Part shown: piece after piece, positions 10,430 through 23,802 of the stretch
How positions within the stretch are numbered: position 1 is the stretch's first letter
Layout: the number at the start of each line of letters is the position of its first letter
DNA from: Stegostoma tigrinum
Taxonomy: Eukaryota
Length of the DNA stretch: 64,000 nt
NCBI RefSeq assembly: GCF_030684315.1
Contig: NC_081394.1
Location: 17,094,658 to 17,158,657, forward strand
Direction: 5' to 3'
The notes under the pieces: model-generated
Told to the model about the DNA's origin: nothing
Seen by the model: only the letters and a program-made list of their open reading frames with translations
Databases searched by the model: none
Made by a program: the position numbers and the translations under genes

Positions 10430-12455
10430 CATTGCCTCCCTACACAGGTGTAAGCGATTGACATGGTTGTCTAAGTCACATGAGTATCTGCTGTGAACAT
10501 GGTGGGTGGTGCTCCCACATAGGATGGTAGTGCCTATGTTGTAGATCTGACGTGCCTTTCACGGCTTACCATGACAGGGTTGTATAGTGTTGTGGTTCAT
10601 GTAGTCCTGAAGGCTAGGTAGTTTGCTGTGAGCAATGTTCTGTTTAAGGTTTTGCGGTTGTTTGAAGGCAGGTACTGGAGGTGTCAGGAAGATCTTAGTG
10701 AGGGCGTCATGAGTAATGTGTTGAAGGCTACGAAGAACATGGCGCAGTTTCTCCACTCTCAACAAGTACTGGACGATGAAGGGTACCCTATCGGTCGTAT
10801 CCCGCATCATGAGGTTATCTGTAGGCCTGTGTTAGAGTGAAGTATTTAGGTATCTGTGTCTGATGGAGATGTCTGTGTCCAAGAGTGAGATTGATTGTAA
10901 AGAGTAGTCTATGGTAAGTCTCTTGGTGGGATGGAACTTGTTGATATCACTCCGTAGTTGCTTCAGTGATTCCTCAGACTACGTCCAAAGGAAGAAAATA
11001 TCATCAATGTATCTGGTGGAGAACTTTGGATGGACGTTCTGTGCAACAAAGAAGCCTTGTTGGAACATCTGCATGAAAATGTTGGCATGTTGGGGAGCAC
11101 ATCTGGCCCCTATGGCTGATGCATGTGTTTGGTTGGAAAACTGGCTGTCAAAGGTGAAAGTGTTACGGTCAAGGATGAAGTGGATGAGTTGTCGGATGGC
11201 GTCTGGAAATCAGCTGCTGGTGGTATTGAATACTGTGACTGATGCTGTGATGCTGTCATCATGGCGGTTGCTGTTGCAGTGAGCCAAAACCTCCACTGTG
11301 ACAAAGAATTTTCCTGGATTGGTTGGTCTGTTGGTGCCAAGTTTCTGTAAGAAATCTGCAGTGTCGTGACAGAAGCTGGGGATTCCCTGTATGATGAGTT
11401 TCAAGATGCCCTTGACATAGCCAGAGAGGTTCTCACACAGGGTCCCATTGCCTGATAGGATGGGACGTTCTGATGTGTTGGCTTTGTACATCTTTCAAAG
11501 GCAGGAGAAGGCCCCCAGTCAGGAAGTTTGTGGAATGAGAGTGCGTATGGTACTCTGAAGAATTGGATCAAAGCTCTTGACCAGTCTGTTCAGTTGGCAG
11601 GTGTGTTCCTTGCTTGGATTGGTAGGTCTGTAGTGTTGCTGGTTGTTCAGGTGTTGGAACACTTTCTTGCAGTAGTCAATTGATGATGTAATATGTACGA
11701 CGATGCCTCTGAGATTGTCATCAAAGCAGCAATTTTCTGGTTGGACTTGAGAATGTGGATGTTAATACATTGTGCTTGGGTGACATTTTGCACTAACTTG
11801 TGAGTTTGGTTGATGAATCTGGCGTTCATGCATTCGCTGATGAATTGAGCAAACCTGTCAAGCCCAATGCATTGGCCCCTTTGGAGGTGTCGAATTTGGA
11901 CCGTTGGGTAAACGTACTTTGAGGCAGATTTCAGGATACACGACAGCATAGAGTTGCGGAGCAGAGGCTGAGAACCAAGTTCCATACCCAAGAGGATGGC
12001 TTCAACTAGGATCTTGGGTTCATGTCGCACTATAGGTGACCCCACTGCATTGTACACTTGCTCTCTTTTGCTATCTTTCACATGCTCAGTCACAGTTTAT
12101 GTCAGTGACATGCACACATAAATCAGTGGAGTGAATTTGTATTTGCAGGTACATTCTATTTTTTTATTCTCAAAGCACACTATTTATAGACAGTCAGTCA
12201 ATCGAGTTTCATAAATTAATGCTTTAGAAATAAAACTAGTCTGACTCAAAACCCAATTGCAAACAGATTTGAAACAAGCTCTCACACAAAGCATGCATTA
12301 CCTGATGTAAAATGTCACCTCTTCATGACACTGTTGAAACATTTGGTTTTCACAGGGCAGTGACATCAATGCAATTTGAGGACTTTCATCTGCATATTAA
12401 TCAATTAAAATATTTAACTGATTAAAGATTTAACTCTATCTTAGGTTTGTTTGCT
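10430..12455 (-). mobile_element. Degenerate PLE of a second family, RT-containing
   Basis: RPILSGNGTLCENLSGYVKGILK...DTADFLQKL and DRVPFIVQY...PAFKQPQNLK on the minus strand. Confidence 0.8.
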
Positions 12456-12469
12456 ACAAATAAATAAGA

Positions 12470-13805
12470 ACACTGCAGATACACAGTGCAGAAACTTACA
12501 GGCCGAGACCGGACAATTCCAGGCACACATGCACGGAGCAAATCTGACATGTACATTCTGATAACTGGCCCTACACATTAACCAAGCTGAAACTGAAATG
12601 TATGGATCGATAACTGAACTCGAGGCCACTTCATAAACTGATAGGTGTAGATTGATATCTGCAATCTCATTTTCACATAGCAAAAACGGAGAAGTCCAGC
12701 TTAGCAGATGCAGTCACAAATTTGCATTACAGTAACTGACAGGGACACACTGATGTCAGCATTCACGTTCACATTGACAAAACTGGCTACATACAGACCA
12801 ATAACAACACTCACATAGTCACGTTGCAGAAATTAACAGGTAGAAATTGATAACTGTACCCATACATTCACATTGCAGAATAGAACAGGCACAGGTCTAT
12901 TACTACAGGTACATATTTGCATTCCAGTATCCGTTAGTGACAGGATAAGAAACATATCAGAAACAGATACGCATAGATTGTGAATATGCGAATGTATGTA
13001 TCAAAGCAAAAACTGAGAAGTACAGCTTGGCAAATACAGTCACACATTTGCATTGCAGTAACTAACAGGGACACACTGACAAAACTCATGTTCACATGAC
13101 AGTATTGGATAGGTACTGACCAATGACCACCCTGACAGCGTGACTTAGCAGAAACTGACAGGTAGAATCTGACCTGTATATTCAAAATGCAGAAATTAAC
13201 AGGTACACATTGATAACTCCAGGCACAAATCTGTATTCCAGTCTCTGTCAGGGGCAGTTGAATAAACAGTCCTCTTACATCCACAGAGCTGAAACTCACA
13301 GGAACAGAATGATTACTGAACTCACATATTCATGTGGCATAAATGGATAAGAACAGTTTGATAAATAATGCGCAGAACAGGATCTCACAGGTGTATGTTG
13401 ATAATGACAGGCACAGGTTCATTTAGCAATAACTTACGGGGGGTGGTTAAAACGTTATCCCATATTCATACATCAGAAACAGATAGGTGCAGCTTTATAA
13501 CTGTACTCGATTCAACAAGCAGAACCTAACAGACGTAGATGGATAACTAAACACGCATATGAACAGAGTAGAACCTGACTGGTACAGATTGATGATTAAA
13601 CTTAAATATGAGCATAGCAGAAACTGACAGGAATAGGTTTGTACCTGCATACTAATAGTCCCAGACCAGAAACTGGCAGGTACAGGCTGAGAACTATTTA
13701 CACACATTTGCCGAGCAGGAACTGACAAGAACAGGTCAGTAATAACACTGCAGGTTTCACACCACACAAACTGGTTACAGATTGATAACTACAGTCACAT
13801 ACTCA
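12470..13805. repeat. Degenerate 49-bp minisatellite
   Basis: Recurrent CAGAAACTGACAGG and ATTGATAACT at ~49-bp spacing. Confidence 0.8.
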
Positions 13806-13807
13806 TG

Positions 13808-16312
13808 AGCCTTCCATGCGGCCCTCCATTTTTGTTTCAGCAGCAGGAGGAGCGGGAGCGTCGACCAGGTAGCTGCCGGGAAGGTGAGTCACTGTTTGAA
13901 AAACTTACCTCGCGAATAGGCGGAGCATACGCTGAGCAGGAGCGGACACGGTTCTGCTGAGTTAGCGAGGTAATATTTTTGTGGTTGCGTTACCCGAAAC
14001 AGTACTCGGGTAGTGTCTCCCACCCATCCTCCTCCTCTCACCAAAAAAAAGGTTCTGTGCACCAGATTGGTAAGGTAACTAGTTTATTTTCTATTCTTTG
14101 TTTTTCAACAGTCTCTTTGGGAATTTAGAATAATGGGAATGGAGGTCAGGGCAGTAGAAAGTTCCTGCAGCAGAATGTGGGAGGTAAGGGTGACCACTAG
14201 TGTCCCTGCTGACTACATGTGTTGGAAGTGCACCCAACTCCAGCTCATCGGAAACTGCGTTCGGGAACCGGAGCTGGATGAACTTTGGATCATTCGGGAG
14301 ACGGAGGGGGTTATTGAGAGGCGTTACAGGGAGGTAGTCTCTACTCATGTACAAAAAAAAGGCAGATGGGTTACAGTCAGGGGATGGAAAGGGAACTGGC
14401 AGGCAGTGCAGGGATCCCCTGTGGCCATTCCCCTCAACAATAAGGATACCGTTTTGGATACTGTTGGCTGGCGGCGGGGGGTGACTTACCAGGGGAAAGC
14501 AATGGGGCACAGGTCTCTGGCACAGAAAGGATGGGGGAAGAGGAGCAGAGCAGTAGTCACTGGGGACTCCAGAGTTAGGGGGACAGATAGGAGGTTCTGT
14601 GGGGATGAGAGAACTCACGGTTGGTGTGTTGCCTCCCAGGTGCCAGGGTGCGTGATGTCTCTGATCGTGTTTTTGGGACCCTATAGGGGGAGGGGGAGCA
14701 GCCCCAAGTCGTAGTCCACATAGGCACCAACGACATAGGTCGGAAGAGAGATGGGGTTTAAGGTGGAAATGCAGGGAGCTAGGATGGAAGCTTCGAGCTA
14801 GGACAAACAGAGTTGTTTCTGGTTTGTTGCCCGTGCCACGTGCTAGTGAGGCGAGGAATAGGGAGAGAGGAGTTGAACACGTGGCTATAGGGTGCAGGGG
14901 GGAAGGTTTTGGATTCTTGGATAATTGGGATTCTTTCTGGGGGAGGTGGGACCTCTACAAGCAGGATGGTTTTCACCTGACCCAGACGGGTACCGATATC
15001 CTGGGGGGGGAAATTTGCTAAGGCTATTCGCGTGGGTTTAAACTAACTCAGCAGGGGGAAGGGAACCAAAATTGTAGTTTGAGTATCGAAACGCTTGAGA
15101 GTCGGGAGGTCCAAAATAAAGTTAAAGATGTAAGATGGCACCAGCGAGCAAGAAGTTGGTTTGAAGTGTGCCCACTTCAATGCCAGGAGCATCTGGAATA
15201 AGGTGGGGGAACTTGCAACATGGGTTGGTACCTGGGACTTTGATGATGTGGCCATTTCGGAGACATGGATAGAGCAGGGACAAGAATGGTTGTTGCAGAT
15301 TCCAGGATTTAGATGTTTCAGTAAGAACAGAGAAGATGGTAAAAGAGGGGGAGGTGTGGCATTGTTGGTGAAGGACAGTATTACAGTTGCAGAAAGGATG
15401 TTTGGGGACTCGTCAACTGAGGTAGTATGGGCTGAGTTTAGAAACAGGAAAGGAGAGGTCACTCTGTTGGGAGTTTTTTATAGGCCTCCGAATAGTTCCA
15501 GATATGTTGAGGAAAGGATAGCAAAGATGATTCTCGATAGGAGTGAGAGAGACAGGGTAGTTGTCATGGGAGACTCCAACTTTCAAATGTTGGAGTACTA
15601 TAGATGGGTCAGTTTTTGTCCAGTGTGTGCAGGAGGGCTTCCTGACACAGTATGTAGACAGGCCAACAAGGGGCGAAGCCACATTAGATTTGATACTAGG
15701 CAATGAGCCCGGCCAGGTGTTAGATTTGGATGTAGGTGAGCACTTTGGTGATTGCGATCACAATTCTGTTGTGTTTACTTTCGTGATGGGAAGGGATAGG
15801 TGTATACCACTAGGCAAGAGTTATAAGGCTTGAGAAAGGCAATTACGATGAGATTAGGCAAGATTTAGGGAGCACAGGATGGGTAAGGAAACTGCAGGGG
15901 ATGGGCACATTAGAAATGTGGAGCTAATTGAAGGAAAAGCTCCTGTGTGTGCTAGATAAGTATGTACCTGTCAGACAGGGAGGAAGCAGGAGAGCGCAGG
16001 AGCCATGGTTTACGAAGGAAGTGAAATCTCTGGTCAAGAGGAAGAGGAAGGCTTCTGTTAGGATGAGATGTGAAGGCTCAGTTAGGGCGCTTGAGGGTTA
16101 CAAGGTAGCCAGGAAAGACCGAAAGAGAGAGCTCGGAAGGACCAAAAGGAGACATCAGACGTTGTTGGTGGATAGGATCAGTGTAAACCCTCAGGCTATC
16201 TACTGGTATTTAAGGAATAAAAGAATGATGAGAGTAAGATTAGGGCCAATCAAGGATAGTAGTGGGAAGTTGTGTGTGGAGCCAGATGAGATAGGGGAAG
16301 CAGTAAATGAAT
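13808..16312 (+). mobile_element. CR1 LINE 5' half (5'UTR, ORF1 zinc finger/esterase, ORF2 endonuclease); 3' part deleted
   Basis: CWKCTQLQL, VVTGDSRVRG, FNARSIWNK, VAISETW, GVFYRPPNS; paralog at ~27187-29712. Confidence 0.9.
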
Positions 16313-16521
16313 TAATTGCGTTAGGTGCAGAGCATCATGACGTGCAGCTGGAAACACAGACTCATTATTATAACAGAGCACAAGGTACAGAGCCTGTAGC
16401 ACAGTCTCTTTCAGTGTCGCAGACACGTATCAAATCTCCCTCAGTCAGATGGACAGGAATAAAATCAAGTTCCACACAACATTTAGATGCAGTTCCTGAC
16501 AGATTCACTTTTAGACCCACA

Positions 16522-16674
16522 CTCCCCAATCACAGAGAGATTTAGCATGAGGGTTTTGACAGCGTATAAAGTAACCAATGAGGAACGAGGCTTTCCCCAT
16601 CCTTCATTTGCATTGCTGACGCCAACAGTCTGCAAAAAGCCAGCTCCGGGCCCGCTCTCCCTGATTCTGTCACC
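16522..16674 (+). promoter_or_regulatory. H2B promoter (copy B)
   Basis: CCAAT 16526 and 16575; octamer 16606-16613. Confidence 0.8.
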
Positions 16675-17052
16675 ATGGTTGAAGAAAAGAAAGGGCCAGT
16701 TGCTAAGAAGGGCGCTAAGAAAGCGGTGAAGAGGGCGCCAGCGAAAGGCAGCAAGAAGAGGCGAAAGTCCAGGAAAGAAAGTTACTCCATCTACATCTAC
16801 AAAGTGTTGAAGCAGGTTCACCCCGACACCGGGATCTCCTCCAAGGCCATGAGTATCATGAACTCGTTCGTCAAGGATATTTTCGAGCGTATCGCAGGGG
16901 AGGCTTCCCGCTTGACCCGTTACAACAAGCGCAGCACCATGAGCTCCCGGGAGATCCAGACTTCCGTACGCCTGCTGCTGCCCGGGGAGCTGGCCAAGCA
17001 CGCCGTGTCGGAGGGCACAAAGGCGGTGACCAAGTACACCAGCTCCAAGTGA
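16675..17052 (+). CDS. H2B: Histone H2B, replication-dependent type, divergent variant, 125 aa
   Basis: [26 protein letters not shown]...[26 protein letters not shown]; intronless; stem-loop follows. Confidence 0.97.
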   Translation: MVEEKKGPVAKKGAKKAVKRAPAKGSKKRRKSRKESYSIYIYKVLKQVHPDTGISSKAMSIMNSFVKDIFERIAGEASRLTRYNKRSTMSSREIQTSVRLLLPGELAKHAVSEGTKAVTKYTSSK

Positions 17053-17080
17053 AACGCCACTTGGCACTGAAAAACCCAAA

Positions 17081-17122
17081 GGCTCTTTTAAGAGCCACCC
17101 ACAAATTCCCTTAAACAGCTGA
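17081..17122 (+). terminator. Histone 3' stem-loop plus HDE-like element
   Basis: CCAAA-GGCTCTTTTAAGAGCC-ACCCA at 17081-17096; AAACAGCTG downstream. Confidence 0.93.
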
Positions 17123-18079
17123 ACCATCGTGTCTCTAATTTGCTTCGCAGTTGCTGCAGGGAAATATTTAACTTCCATTCTTTTTTTAAAATGATCTGTA
17201 AATTAATGTGTGCTTTATTGAGTGAAAATTGCCCATCTACTTTCATTTTCGAAAGAAACATCGTCTCGTCTCACCTTTTAGAATGTGCCCCTGTCTTCAA
17301 ATGCCCATCCCATGGAAAAGACACCTGGCCGCTCACCTTACCTATCCCCCTCATGATTTTAAAAACCTCTATAAAATGACTCTACGACTTCCGAGTCATT
17401 TCTCAGTGACATTGTTCAAATCACCCTTTGCTGGATACCGCTGAGATATGAACTCCCCCGTCAAACAAAATAAACCTGTGCCCACATTTGATTCCCCCCG
17501 GTTGAAAGAGTTCGCGCGCCGTGAGGAATTTCCCAATTACTCTACAGCTTCTGTCCGATTTTGCAGAATATTGTAAATGAGCCTTCCTGTTGTTGGTGAG
17601 AGACTGTAAAAATTAACCGAGATAAAACTTGAACAGTTGTCGGACTGGTGTGCAAGCGCGGAATTATTCAGGTCTGCTATAAAAAGGGCCGCTTTATAAT
17701 ATTGTTTAAAGCATTAATACGCTCACCCGGATGAACGTTGAGATGTTTTATCACTATGTCGGGGTGCTCTTGAAATGCGAAAAAAAATGAATATGTACAG
17801 AGGGCAGTTTGTGGCGCTTTTTTTACGTTTCCGCCTTTTTTTACAGTTAAAAAAATCCCACTCAGGATCGGAAATGGGCAGAGTGAAGTAGACGAGGGAA
17901 TGAGATTTTTAAAAATGTGTGGAATATCCATTCGTAACCTAAAAGTAAATTACCTCGTTAAAAACACTTATGCCTTCCACTTTGTAAAACTTCTTCCTTT
18001 TTTTGTACATATTGGCGGGCTTTTCAAATTTGACGGAAAGCAGTTGATCATTTTGCGGAATAGCGAATTAAGCAATGAC

Positions 18080-19865
18080 GTGAGGGTTAGGGCATGGTTT
18101 AAGGCTTCTGTCACTGTTTGGGTTAGGGTTATGGTCAGGGCTAGGGTTAGGTTTAGATTGAGGTTTACGTTTGGGGCTAAGATTACGGTTCCACCGAGGG
18201 TTCGCGCGATAAGGGAGGGTTATGGTTCGGGCTACGGTTTAGTTTAAGATGAGGGCCAGAGCGAGATTCAATGCAGTGGTGAGATAAGCATAGAAAATAG
18301 AACATAGAACATTACAGCACAGTACAGGCCCTTCGGCCTTCGATGTTGTGCCAACCTGTCATACCGATCTCAAGCCTATCTAACCTACACTATTCCATGT
18401 ACGTCCATATGCTTATCCAATGACGACTTAAATGTACCTAAAGTTGGTGAATCTACTACCGTTGCAGGCAAAGCGTTCCATTCCCTTACTACTCTCTGAA
18501 TAAGGAAACTACCTCTGACATCTGTCCTATATCTTTCGCCCCTCAATTTAAAGCAATGTCCCCTCGTGCTCGCCGTCACCATCCTAGGACAAAGGCTCTC
18601 CCTGTCCACCCTATCTAACCCTCTGATCATTTTATATGGTTCGATTAAGTCACCTCTCAACCTTCCTCTCTCTCATGAAAACAGCCTCAAGTCCCTCAGC
18701 CTTTCCTCGTAAGACCTTCACTCCATACCAGGCAACATCCCAGTAAATCTCCTCTGCACCCTTTCCAAAGCTTCCACATCCTTCTTATAATGCGGTGACC
18801 AGAACTGTACGCAATCCTCCAAGTGCGGCCGCACCAGAGTTTTGTACAGCTGCAGCATAACATCTTGGTTCTGGAACTCGATCCGTCTATTAATGAAAGC
18901 TAAAACACTGTATGCCTTCTTAACAGCCCTGTCAACCTGGGTGGCAACTTTCAAGGATCTGTGTACATGGACACCGAGATCTCTCTGCTCATCTACACTA
19001 CTAAGAATCTTGCCATAAGCCCTGTACTTTGCCTTCTGGTTACTCCTACCAATGTGCATCACCTCACACTTGTCCGCATTAAACTCCATTTGCCACCTCT
19101 CAGCCCAGCTCTGCAGCTTATCTCTGTCTCTCTGCAACCTACAGCATCCTTCGTCACAATCCACAACTCCACCGACCTTAGTGTCGTCTGTAAATTTACT
19201 AACCCATCCTTCTACGCCCTCGTCCAGGTCATTTATAAAAATGACAAACAACAGTGGGGTTACAGTTGGGGTTAGTGCAATGTCTAGGATTAGCGCCTGG
19301 ATTAGAACTGGAGATAGATTTAGTGTTAGTGTTCGGCTTAGGGTTATGGCGAGGGTTTATGTTACGATTAGGGTACAGGTGAAATTTATGGTTCGAGCTA
19401 GGGTGAGGTTCATGCGAGAGGTAGGTCTGATTTTAGCTTTAGGATTAGGGTTCGGGTACTGTTTCATGTCATGGTTCGGCGTTCTGCTGGGGTTGGTGAA
19501 TAGGTTTTGGTTTAAGGTTAAGGCTCGGGCTCGGCTTAAGGTAAAGTTTAGGTGCACGGTTTGGTTAGGTTTAGTGCTCGGATGGGAGATACGATTACGG
19601 TTATGACGAGGTCTAGAGCTAAGGTCTCGGTTAGAGTTGGGGACAGGTTTAGGGCTGAGGTTATCATTGTGGACAGGGCCACGGTGAGAGCGAAGGATAT
19701 GGTTAGGACAAGGAACAGCATAAAGTTCAGTGTTAAGTTTAGGGTTGAGGTTTGAGTTCGTGCTAGGGCTAGGGTTAGACCAAGGAACAGGTTTTGCTTT
19801 AAGGTTTATTATTAGGGCTAGGGTTAGTGTTAGTGTTCGGGTCAGTGTTGTGATTCTGGGGGTTT
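18080..19865 (+). repeat. Degenerate TTAGGG array split by a CR1
   Basis: Hexamer variants at 18080-18285 and 19256-19865. Confidence 0.85.
18288..19255 (-). mobile_element. 5'-truncated CR1 LINE
   Basis: ORF 18718-19251 ([15 protein letters not shown]); 3' microsatellite tail at ~18288-18312. Confidence 0.93.
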
Positions 19866-22139
19866 GTGTTAAAGGAAGGGACGGTGCTACTGCGAGCAAG
19901 AGGGTGAGCGTTAATTGTGAGGAAGTGTCACTGGGCCCGAAACGTTAACTCTAATCACTCTCCAGTTAATGCCAGGCCCGCTGAGCTTTTACAGCAGTTA
20001 CAGTTTCAGCTTCTGATTTTCAGGACCCGCAGATCTTTCGATTTTTATTTAACAAAAGTGAAGAATTTGTGAATGTCTAATTTAGTGCAAGAAGAGAGGG
20101 CGTCTTCAAAATAATGTCAAAAGGCGGTGTTCGCTGTTATCGTGCTCATTCCAAAGAAAGGTGTGTAATGTTTCATATCGGGGAGTTTTTGAAATGTGAA
20201 CTTGAACGATTAGATGCACAGTGCGGTATTTGGCGCTTTCCTCTGCTTGTTCTGAAAGTTCTGAAATCGTCCTTCAAGATCAGGAATGGACACATTCAAT
20301 TAGATGAGGGAAGGAAGTAAAAAGAGATTGTGTGAAATATACATTTGTAATCGAAAAGTAAATTAACTCGTAAGTATTGGTGAACTCTTCTTCTAAACTT
20401 CCTCTTTTTTGTGCATAATGTATGTGCAATGGTGGGCTTTTTAAATTATAGAGAAAGCGGTTGATGATTTCGCGCCCTTATTTTCCAACATCCTCCCCGT
20501 GCCCTCACCGGATATAAGTATGTTGTGTATCTCCTGACTTGTCAATTTCCAAATATCCGCTCAGGTTCTGTTCGGTTGCAGAATGCTGCAAGCGAGCCTT
20601 TCCGCTGTCGGTTCAAACAGAACTGAGATAAAGCCAGAACCAAGGTAGAATAGTTAATGTGGAGCAAATTTGCCAGAAAGGAGAGCAATATTGTCTGAAG
20701 ATGGTGTCCCATTAATACGGTTACTCGGAGGAACGTCCGGCCCAGCAGGAAAGAGGGCATTCGGCCCATCGAGTCTAAACCAATCTCCGAAGGGGAGGAA
20801 ATGAGGGACGGGAGAGATTCTTAGACTTTTTTTGTAATCTAAAACCAAATCAACTGTAAACTACCCATGCATTCTTCTCTGGAAAAATTCCTCCTCCATT
20901 CTACATATTGGCGCGCTTTTCAATTGAGAAAGAAAGCAGTTAATAATTTAGAGACAATTGTTTTCCACCCGCTCCTTCCCTGCCCTGCCCATCGTTGTCG
21001 CCATGGTAACGCCAAGGGAGACAATCAGCAGAGAGGAGATAACAGTGAATTTATCATCTTCTGCACGCATTGAATTTTTAACAGAGATCGGAGAACACAA
21101 CTGGAGTACTCGGCTCTCTCTCCCCCTCTCTCTCTTTCTCTCTCTCTCTCACACACACACAGACACCTACCTGCTGTCACTGCTGATGCTACTGTGGTGG
21201 TGATCAGTAATTCAACTCCTACCGACACATCGCAGAAACTTAAAGGGGCATGTTGATAACCATACTCACCATTCACCAAACATAAACTGATAGGTAGGGA
21301 TTGATAATTCACCTTACAGATGGGCATAAAAGTAAGTGAAAGACATAGATTGGTACCCACACTCTTATATTCATGAGAAGTTGATATATACAGTCACACA
21401 CTCACTTTGCAGTCACTGACAGGAGATAAATTGATGACGACTCACACATTCGCATGACAGAAATTGACAGGTACAGATCAGTAAGTTGACTGACATAATG
21501 TTAAGGTGACGACATCATGTTACAGTCCAACAGTTTTATTTGAAAACAGAAGCAGCGATGAATTCTCCTCTTGACAGCCCGTAGTCCGTCCTTCATTGAC
21601 AAGGCCCAAGCCAGGGGCGTGATGTTTTATCCGACTGACCTGGATGAGTGCAGCTCCAATAACGGTCGCCACATTCAGGGCAAATTGCAACACATCCACA
21701 AGCATCCACTCTCTCGACAGAGTTCGAGTCACTACCACTGCGCAACACGCCTCCCTCCATTAGCTACATTCTGTCTCTGTAATAATCTCCCATTTACTCC
21801 ACCTCTCTGATGTTACTTTAAACAAGGAGTTAATATACACAGGATGAGTGTCGGGAGGATGAAGTGACATATTTCATGGATCAATTCGATCGGCCATTGT
21901 GTTTTGAATCGGGGAAGCTCTATTGAAGGGCCGAATGGCCGTCAGCGTTTCCGATTCCTCATCAGATTCTGCAGAGGCCGAGGGAGGGAGTTCCGACCGT
22001 GAGCCGGGAATGATCTCCATTGGAGCTTCATAAAGGGGTAATGTCCCTGTTTGAAACTTTCTCTGCACTTTCCACCACGGCCCCAGTTCCTTTGCTCAAA
22101 CTTGGTGAAAAGGGAATTGGGAAAATGAGCAATTGATAT

Positions 22140-22555
22140 TTGTTTCCGGGGAAACCTCAGGGGTACGTCGCTTTACGCCGCCCCTCCCCAGCAGCTATAT
22201 GACCGATCGAGAGGAGCGCATGCGTAATATACTTCGCGCCGGCGCTGCCACGGACGAGCATTTGATCAGTGAGACCGCAATGGAGGGAGCAGTGCCCTGG
22301 GAAGCGAGAAGACCAGCAGGCTCCTCCCAGCAGCCCATCGAGATGTGAACCTGGGTCACTGACCGGGGTTCCGTTCGGGGAGAACCGGGGCCTGTTTGTA
22401 AGAGGCCGAGCGGAGCAGGAGCTGATCCGGGAGCTGGAAGTAAGCGGCCTGCGGTTGGGTAAGAGTGAGGCCTTTCTCGGGCTGTGTGTGGGCTGCTCAG
22501 GGATATACTGCGGGAAGCGGCTGCTGTGGTTTTCAATCCTCCGGAGACGGAAGAA
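22140..22555 (+). promoter_or_regulatory. CpG-rich promoter-like segment (copy of 8770-9180)
   Basis: NRF1-type GCGCATGCGT 22216-22225. Confidence 0.5.
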
Positions 22556-22824
22556 AATTCACTGTGTAGTTTCTGTTCAAGCTGTTTGTTGGCATTGTGT
22601 AGTGAATGGTGAACCGTGACAATCCTGTAACGGACATGCATTGGAGGCATTAAATTAATAGTTTCGAGTAAAACGAAACAATTTTTTAGCGATCATAACT
22701 CTGTTTCTTTCACGATAGTCATGGATAAGGATAGGTATATGCGGCAGAGTAAAGTTTAACTTTAGGGGGAAGGGTAATTACAATTCAGCTAGGCAAGAAC
22801 TGGGAAACGTGACGATCCTGTAAA

Positions 22825-23515
22825 AGAGAGAGATAACGGGAACTGCAGATGCTGGAGAATCCAAGATAACAAAGTGTGGAGCTGGATGAACGCAGCAGGC
22901 CAAGCAGCATCTTAGGAGCACAAAAGCTGATGTTTTGGGCCTGGACCCTTCTTCAGAAAAGGGGGACGCTGTATACAGTGTGGCTGCCTCTCCATTGAGG
23001 AAACCAAGCGGAGGCTTGGGGACCGCTTTGCAGAATACCTCCGCTCGGTTCACAGTAAACAATTGCACCTCCCAGTCGCGAAGCATTTCAACTCCCCCCT
23101 CCCATTCCTCAGACGATATGTTCTTCCTGGGCCTCCTGCAGTGCCATCATGATGCTAATGATGCCATAGTTTGCAAGAACAGCAACTCATATTCTGCTTG
23201 GGAACCCCGCAGCCCAATGGTATCAATGTCGATTTCACCGGCTTCAAAATCTCCCCTCCCCCTCACTGCATCCCAAAGCCAGCCCAGCTCGTCCCCACCT
23301 GCCTAACCTGTTCTTCCTCTCACCTATCCCCTCCTCCCACCACAAGCCGTATCTCCTTTTCCTTCCTCCTAACCTCATCCCGCCCTCTTGACCTGGCTGT
23401 CCTCCCCGGACTGACCTATCCCCTCCCTGCCTCCCCACCCATACTCTCCTCTCCATCTATCTTCTCTTCTATCCATCTTTGATCCGCTTCCCCCTCCCTC
23501 CCAATTTATTTCAGA
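22825..23515. mobile_element. PLE insertion (copy of 9452-10143)
   Basis: Same structure and TSD ATCCTGTAAA. Confidence 0.85.
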
Positions 23516-23802
23516 ATCCTGTAAAGGACATGCGTTGGAGGCATTAGATTAATAGTCTGGAGTAAAACATTTGAAGAAGTGTCAGTTGTTCGTCTCTTTA
23601 CTAGTTAGTGGAATGGGACTGGATAATGAACTGTGTAAGCAGTCTACTTGCTTCGAATTGTCCTATTCATGCAGCTGTGCAATTGGTGCTCAGCTCTGGT
23701 TCTCACTCAGTTGGTATAGAATTATATAAAACAAAACAGTCATCAGACAAGGAGAGCTCAGGGCAAAATGGATTAACAGTCCAGCGATAATACAACAAAC
23801 CC

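Noticed and set aside
12441-13767. Cys-rich minus-strand ORFs
   Set aside because: Translations of the 49-bp satellite; the period is not a multiple of three and there is no zinc-finger spacing
16483-17178. Long minus-strand ORFs over H2B (also 33050-33607 and 59825-60550)
   Set aside because: Antisense shadows of a GC3-rich histone CDS; ends vary between copies and no known domain is seen
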